Positions 29,883-34,694 of a DNA stretch of 34,694 nt are shown one piece after another; the stretch's first letter is position 1, and each line of letters starts with the position of its first letter. The translations under genes were made by a program, and so were the position numbers. The DNA comes from Acutalibacteraceae bacterium (GTDB taxonomy: Bacteria > Bacillota > Clostridia > Oscillospirales > Acutalibacteraceae). Under the pieces are notes generated by a model that had not been told where the DNA came from, made no database searches, and was given only the letters and a program-made list of their open reading frames with translations. Where the stretch lies: assembly GCA_045659125.1 (NCBI GenBank), contig JAZOWJ010000199.1, forward strand, positions 1 to 34,694, in the 5' to 3' direction.

Positions 29883-32623
29883 ATAAAATGAATGATTTTA
29901 ATCAATTTCTGAATCTGCTGCGTGACGGGCAGACAGAAAAAGAAAAGAAAGTGCAACCGAATAATCCGGAGGCTGCAAGCACTGCCGAGAATCGACGCAA
30001 TGTTGTGATGCGAGGGGAGCTTGCACGTTCCATCGGAGCGGATGTTTCGGAATTTCTGGAGCAGATCCCCGAAAAGGAGGAAGCACCTGTTGCCGAAGCA
30101 CCTGCAGCCGAAGAGCCTGTCGCCGAAGAGCCTGCTGTGCAGCAGCCCGAGGCGTCTGCTGATTCGGACATGAAAATTGCTGATGCTGCAATTCTTGCAG
30201 AGCAGATGGATGCTGCACCGCAGGAAATGCAGAAGCCTGCAACCGATAAAACAAGAAAGGTCACCGTGCAGGACAAGGACTTGTTTGACCTGCAGCCCCA
30301 TACCGATAGCGGTGCATCCCATTTTTCCGCACCTGAAAAGACCAAGGTTGCAGAAGGCGGTGCGGTTGTTGAAAAAACAAAGCACATCGGAAACAAGGGC
30401 AGTCTGCTGCGAGCCATTGCTAAAACTGCACGCGACAGTGAGCAGGCTGAAGGCCAGATCGTGATGGATGGTTTTGATGCCAATGACCCTGTGCAGACCG
30501 ATGAGCAGGCGATGGAGGAGGAGCTTCGCACCGTGCGCGAAAAGCGCATTGAGGAATTCGGACTTCCGAAAAATCCTGAGGCTGCCGTTTTGCCCGAGCA
30601 CAGCGAGCCTCCAAAAACCAAAACCATTCCTCTGCCGGCGATGCTGACAAATATTGCAGAAAAATTTGCCGACCGTGAAACACCGTTTGCGGCTGCGGAT
30701 ACGGATGAATACAATATGCCCGAGGATCGTCGCAGGGTCAGCAATGCCTTGCGTGATGCCATGCGCAAAACAGGCATCAAGGCAGGCATTCATGCCGGCC
30801 TCGGTCTGCTGCTGCTGTTGGTGAATCTGATTACCACGGCATCCGCCAATAACAACAACGGCTTTTTCACCGTTTTCGGCGCAAGCATAAATGCATACGC
30901 AATTTTCAATCTGATTTTCTTTATTCCCTCGGCAATTCTGTTGCTTCCCGATTTTAAAAATGCAGTTATCACCGTGCTCAAGCTGCGTGCACGCACGGAG
31001 GCTGCCCTGCTGGGAATGTATCTTGCCGTTTTTGCCCAGACCATTGCGTTGTTCTTTACCGAGCTTCGCCCCGAGCATGATTATCACCTTTTCACAGGTG
31101 CATGTGTGCTGTTGGGTGCTGTGTATACCGCATCCAAAATTTTCTGGATCAAAAACACCCGTTACTGCTTCAAGCAGGCGGGCATGACCGAAACCAAGCT
31201 TTATCTGCGCAGTGTGCGTGACAGCCAGGCGCTGCGTACTCTGCTTTGTGAAAACAATGTGGACGGTGTTTGCGTGGATTTCAGCCTGAAAACCCGCTTT
31301 GTATCCGATTTCCTCAAGCGCTATTCGGATGCTGCCCGTTCCGCCATGCCTCGCTCCGTTCTGACACCCGTGCTCGGTGCTCTGTGTGTGCTGTGCGGAA
31401 TCATTGCTGCAGCCGTGCAGGGAAGTCCTGTTTGCGGAATCAGTGCCGTTGCAGGTGCCGCCTGTCTTTCCTTCCCCGTGTGCGGCGTTGTGGTCGGCAG
31501 TCTGCTTATGTGTGAAGCAAACCGCAAGCTTGCTGATAAAAAAGCCTGCATCGGCAGTCTGCGTGATGCAAGAAATGTTGTCACGGCAGATCACCTTGCC
31601 TTCGGCGGTAAGGATTTGTTCCGTGTGAAGCTTGTCAACACCGCAACCGTGGACGGTGTGCCCGAAAGAAGTGCAGCCGTAACAGCCGCCATGCTTGCCA
31701 AAAAGGCAGGGGATACCATGGCAGCCGCTTTTCTTCCCTTGCTTGCCGATTACAACGGCCGTCAGCCTGTTGTTGAGGATTTTGCCGTGGAGGAAAAGCT
31801 CGGTGTCAGCGCATGGGTGGATAACTGCCGTGTGCTGCTGGGCACTGCACAGATGCTTGTTAACCACAACATTCAGCCCGGCAAGCTGCCTGCGCTGAAG
31901 GATGATGAGCAGTATCTGTTCCTTGCCATCGAGGGCAATGCTGTTGCCGTGTTCACCATTCAGTATGTGTGCCGAGCCAATCTGTCGGCTTCGCTGAATG
32001 CCGTGTCGAAAACAGGTGTGAATCTGCTTGTTCGCACCACCGACCCCAATCTGACCGCAGAGATGATTCAGCATGCTGCCGATTTGCCCGAAAACAGTGT
32101 ACGCATTGTTCCCAATGCCGGCGGTGAGCTGTTTGAACGTCTGTATGAAAATGTATCTGACCGCGAAAGTGCCGGTATCATCGGTGCTGCAGGCTTCGGA
32201 AGCCTTTGTGACAGCATCGGCGAGGCAGTCCGTCTGGATCGCTCGGGCAAAACCGTTGCCTATGTCTGCACGGCCAGCGCCGTTGTCGGTGTTTGCTCTG
32301 CATTGCTGTTGTGCATCACGGGAAGCATCGGAAAGGCCTCGGGATGGAGTGCGGTTATTCTGCAGGTGATCTGGAATGCCGCTGCATTCCTGCTGCCGCA
32401 GGTGCTTTATAAGCTGTCTGCTCTGAAAAACGAGGGTATGCGCAAGGTGCGCAGTAAAAATGCACAGCCGCAGCCTTCTGCAGCAGAAGCCGAAACAGAG
32501 CCCGAAGCGGATATTCCTGCACCGCAGCCCACCGAACAGGTGCCTGCAAAAGCCTCCGAGCAGCTGCATTTCGTTCTTTCAAACGGCTTTGCGAATGAAG
32601 AAGCCGTGAACAACGAACAATAA
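29879..32623 (+). CDS. large membrane protein, apparently a degenerate (catalytically inactive) P1B-type ATPase homologue with acidic disordered termini
   Basis: 914 aa. The ATG overlaps the rlmB stop (ATGA). See the finding at 29879-32623 for the segment-by-segment comparison. The function is unknown. Confidence 0.6.
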   Translation: MNKMNDFNQFLNLLRDGQTEKEKKVQPNNPEAASTAENRRNVVMRGELARSIGADVSEFLEQIPEKEEAPVAEAPAAEEPVAEEPAVQQPEASADSDMKIADAAILAEQMDAAPQEMQKPATDKTRKVTVQDKDLFDLQPHTDSGASHFSAPEKTKVAEGGAVVEKTKHIGNKGSLLRAIAKTARDSEQAEGQIVMDGFDANDPVQTDEQAMEEELRTVREKRIEEFGLPKNPEAAVLPEHSEPPKTKTIPLPAMLTNIAEKFADRETPFAAADTDEYNMPEDRRRVSNALRDAMRKTGIKAGIHAGLGLLLLLVNLITTASANNNNGFFTVFGASINAYAIFNLIFFIPSAILLLPDFKNAVITVLKLRARTEAALLGMYLAVFAQTIALFFTELRPEHDYHLFTGACVLLGAVYTASKIFWIKNTRYCFKQAGMTETKLYLRSVRDSQALRTLLCENNVDGVCVDFSLKTRFVSDFLKRYSDAARSAMPRSVLTPVLGALCVLCGIIAAAVQGSPVCGISAVAGAACLSFPVCGVVVGSLLMCEANRKLADKKACIGSLRDARNVVTADHLAFGGKDLFRVKLVNTATVDGVPERSAAVTAAMLAKKAGDTMAAAFLPLLADYNGRQPVVEDFAVEEKLGVSAWVDNCRVLLGTAQMLVNHNIQPGKLPALKDDEQYLFLAIEGNAVAVFTIQYVCRANLSASLNAVSKTGVNLLVRTTDPNLTAEMIQHAADLPENSVRIVPNAGGELFERLYENVSDRESAGIIGAAGFGSLCDSIGEAVRLDRSGKTVAYVCTASAVVGVCSALLLCITGSIGKASGWSAVILQVIWNAAAFLLPQVLYKLSALKNEGMRKVRSKNAQPQPSAAEAETEPEADIPAPQPTEQVPAKASEQLHFVLSNGFANEEAVNNEQ

Positions 32624-32661
32624 ACACAAATCCTTATTGTGTCGTATTTGCACGGAAGTGT

Positions 32662-32690
32662 TTGACTTTTTTCTGCAAATGGGATATCAT
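32662..32690 (+). promoter_or_regulatory. candidate promoter of the MFS transporter gene
   Basis: TTGACT (32662-32667), 17 nt, TATCAT (32685-32690). Confidence 0.45.
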
Positions 32691-32742
32691 GGATAAAGCG
32701 GCTTTGCCGTACAAAAAACAAAAAAATACGAGGAGAAACATC

Positions 32743-34584
32743 ATGGCTGAAACAAAGCTCAATTACAAAAAGACGATCCTGACCGGCTTCGGATTTTTGG
32801 CAACCTCTATTGCATGGGCAATCTACGATCCCTACATCACAAAGATCCTCAACCGCCTGCTGACCGAAAGTGCAGCCGTAACCAAGATGAGTGATTATCT
32901 TGTTGCAAAGCTTCCCATTCTTGCTGATCTTGCAGCAGCACAGGGTGAGGATGTTGTGCTTGCAGGTGGCGGCTTCACACTCGTTCCGCTGTTTATCGGT
33001 ATCATTATGACCTTCGATAACATCTTCGGTGTTATCTTCCAGCCCACCTTCGGCAGACTGTCGGATGAATGCCATTCCAGGCTCGGCAAGCGCCGTCCGT
33101 TCATTGTTGCAGGTGCTCCGATCTCGGCCTTGTTCTTCCTGCTGGTGCCTGTTGTGTTCCTTGCAACCAAGAGCCTGCCCGCAACCATGGCTTGCATCAT
33201 TCTCTTCGTTTTCTCTATGTCTCTGTGGCGCGCCCCCGTTGTTGCCCTCATGCCCGACCTGACACCTCCTGCACTTCGCAGTGAAGGCAATGCCGTTATC
33301 AACCTCATGGGCGGTATCGGCTCTGCAGTCGGTATGGTGGCAGGCACCATCGGTATTGCACTGTGCGGCATCATCGGCGGCATTTCCAAGGAAGCACTTG
33401 CCGCAGATGAAACACTGTCCTTCCCCTATGTTTTTGCCATCGGCTCTCTTGTTATGATTGCAGGCATGCTTGTGCTTCTGTTCTGCGTCAAGGAGCCCGA
33501 TTCCCGCATTAAGCTGCAGGGTGAAGCCAATGCCTATGCGGATGCAGCAGCCAGAAAGGCTGCCGAAAAGCAGGCAAAGAAGGCCGAAAAGGCTGCCAGA
33601 AAGGCTGTCAAGCTTTCCAAGGGTGAAAGAAAGAGCCTTCTGTTCATGCTCGGCACACTGTTCTTCCTGTTCTGCGGCTCCAACGCCATCACCACCTTCT
33701 TCTCTCTGTTTGCACAGGAAATCCTGCATATGCCCACCGCAGAGGCCACCATGCTCATGCTTATCTTTGCCGTTGTGGCCGGTGTTGCCGCACTGCCTGC
33801 AGGTAAAATGGGTAAGAAGCTCGGCAGAAAAAAGACCATCGTGGTCGGTCTTGCCGTGTTCCTTGTTGCATTCGTCGTGTTCTTCGGTGTGTTCGTAGCA
33901 CTGCTCGGCGGACAGGGTCTTTCCATCAACAAGTATGTCAATGTCAATAATTCTTACATTGCAGTAGAAGAAAAAATCAACGAATACAATGCAGATCTTT
34001 CCGAGGCTGCAAAGGCAGAGGGTATTGAACTGCCCGAAGGCAGCATTCTGAATATCGTCGGTTATATTGCATTCCTCACCGTGGGTACGGATGCCGATAA
34101 ATATATGGAATTCGAGCTCTTCCTCGGCGAAGAAAGCACTGTCATTTCCAATGCAGTTGTCACTGCAGCTGTGAATATTCTCGAGCTTGAAGAAGGCATC
34201 ACCTTCGGCGAAGCCCTGAGCGCTGTGCAGAATGCTGTTTCCGATGTCACAAGCATTCTCAGCATCCTCATTTATCCCGTTCTGATTCTCGGCGGTGCTG
34301 CCAATATGTTCATCACCGTCAACACCCTTCCGCTTGTTCTTGAAATCGGCGGTGTGGATAAGGTTGGTACCTTCACAGGCTATTACTACACTGCAACCTT
34401 CTCTGCACAGATTGCATCCCCCATTCTTTACGGCTTCATCCGTATGTTTGCAGGCACTTATATGTCGCTGTTCTATTACAGCCCGATCATGTTTGCCTTG
34501 GCATGCATCCTGCTTGTTTTTGTCAAGCACGGCGAGGCTGTGCCGGATGAACTGATCAAGGAAGCCGAAGAAGCAGGCGATTGA
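32743..34584 (+). CDS. MFS transporter of the GPH/SLC45 (glycoside or sucrose symporter-like) type, with long inserted loops
   Basis: SD GAGGAG before the ATG at 32743. Signature GRLSDECHSRLGKRRPFIVAG. 12 TM-like hydrophobic segments. The start at 32662 in the ORF track is an unsupported extension. Confidence 0.8.
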   Translation: MAETKLNYKKTILTGFGFLATSIAWAIYDPYITKILNRLLTESAAVTKMSDYLVAKLPILADLAAAQGEDVVLAGGGFTLVPLFIGIIMTFDNIFGVIFQPTFGRLSDECHSRLGKRRPFIVAGAPISALFFLLVPVVFLATKSLPATMACIILFVFSMSLWRAPVVALMPDLTPPALRSEGNAVINLMGGIGSAVGMVAGTIGIALCGIIGGISKEALAADETLSFPYVFAIGSLVMIAGMLVLLFCVKEPDSRIKLQGEANAYADAAARKAAEKQAKKAEKAARKAVKLSKGERKSLLFMLGTLFFLFCGSNAITTFFSLFAQEILHMPTAEATMLMLIFAVVAGVAALPAGKMGKKLGRKKTIVVGLAVFLVAFVVFFGVFVALLGGQGLSINKYVNVNNSYIAVEEKINEYNADLSEAAKAEGIELPEGSILNIVGYIAFLTVGTDADKYMEFELFLGEESTVISNAVVTAAVNILELEEGITFGEALSAVQNAVSDVTSILSILIYPVLILGGAANMFITVNTLPLVLEIGGVDKVGTFTGYYYTATFSAQIASPILYGFIRMFAGTYMSLFYYSPIMFALACILLVFVKHGEAVPDELIKEAEEAGD

Positions 34585-34599
34585 TCGTTTGAAAAAATA

Positions 34600-34631
34600 A
34601 AAAGGGCTGTCACCGCGGCAGCCCTTTTTTC
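34600..34631 (+). terminator. rho-independent terminator after the MFS gene
   Basis: AAAGGGCTG-loop-CAGCCCTTTTTT. Confidence 0.75.
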
Positions 34632-34651
34632 ACAAAACGAACAGTTTTGTG

Positions 34652-34694
34652 AAAAATGCAAAATGCAGGAATGCAAAATGCAAAATTATCGGAA
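34652..34694 (+). repeat. third, window-truncated copy of the TGCAAAA-type repeat
   Basis: AAAAATGCAAAATGCAGGAATGCAAAATGCAAAATTATCGGAA. It shares GAATGCAAAATTATCGG with 27296-27312. Confidence 0.7.

Overview
This is a 34.7-kb chromosomal segment that looks like a gut Clostridia genome of the Oscillospiraceae/Ruminococcus type. That assignment is an inference from gene content, GC3-rich codon usage and repeat families only. I call 24 protein genes and find no rRNA, tRNA, CRISPR array, integrase or transposase.

The core genes are:
- leuS (5' truncated by the window edge)
- a secreted alpha/beta hydrolase
- nrdG, nrdD and trxB, followed by a Nudix gene
- a YhcH-family gene overlapping cca
- a GH78 rhamnosidase
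- pepV
- an IscU-like gene coupled to ychF
- yfhO
- trkA and trkH
- an M28 peptidase
- rlmB
- a large membrane protein
- an SLC45/GPH-type MFS transporter

Three visibly AT-rich accessory patches interrupt this backbone:
1. 2188-4875 holds an LRR protein and an AAA/DUF4143 ATPase, partitioned by three copies of one hairpin. The ATPase gene is bracketed by 25-bp direct repeats.
2. 11654-13142 holds a second DUF4143 ATPase with a possibly leaderless promoter and an operator-like repeat array.
3. 17375-18700 holds a structured palindromic repeat, a small XRE regulator and an orphan Cys-rich membrane protein.

The candidates I rank highest for novelty are:
- the 914-aa protein at 29879-32623, which reads as a catalytically dead P1B-type ATPase homologue with long acidic tails and is start/stop-overlapped with rlmB
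- the LRR plus ATPase/PD-(D/E)xK-like cassette island
- a class III RNR module in which NrdD carries a C-terminal CxxC redoxin domain and is followed by a TrxR-like flavoprotein lacking the HRR NADPH motif
- the XRE/membrane-protein pair

Two interspersed repeat families are also present, each with conserved flanks around variable hairpins. All functional calls come from motif reading by eye. No database search was run.
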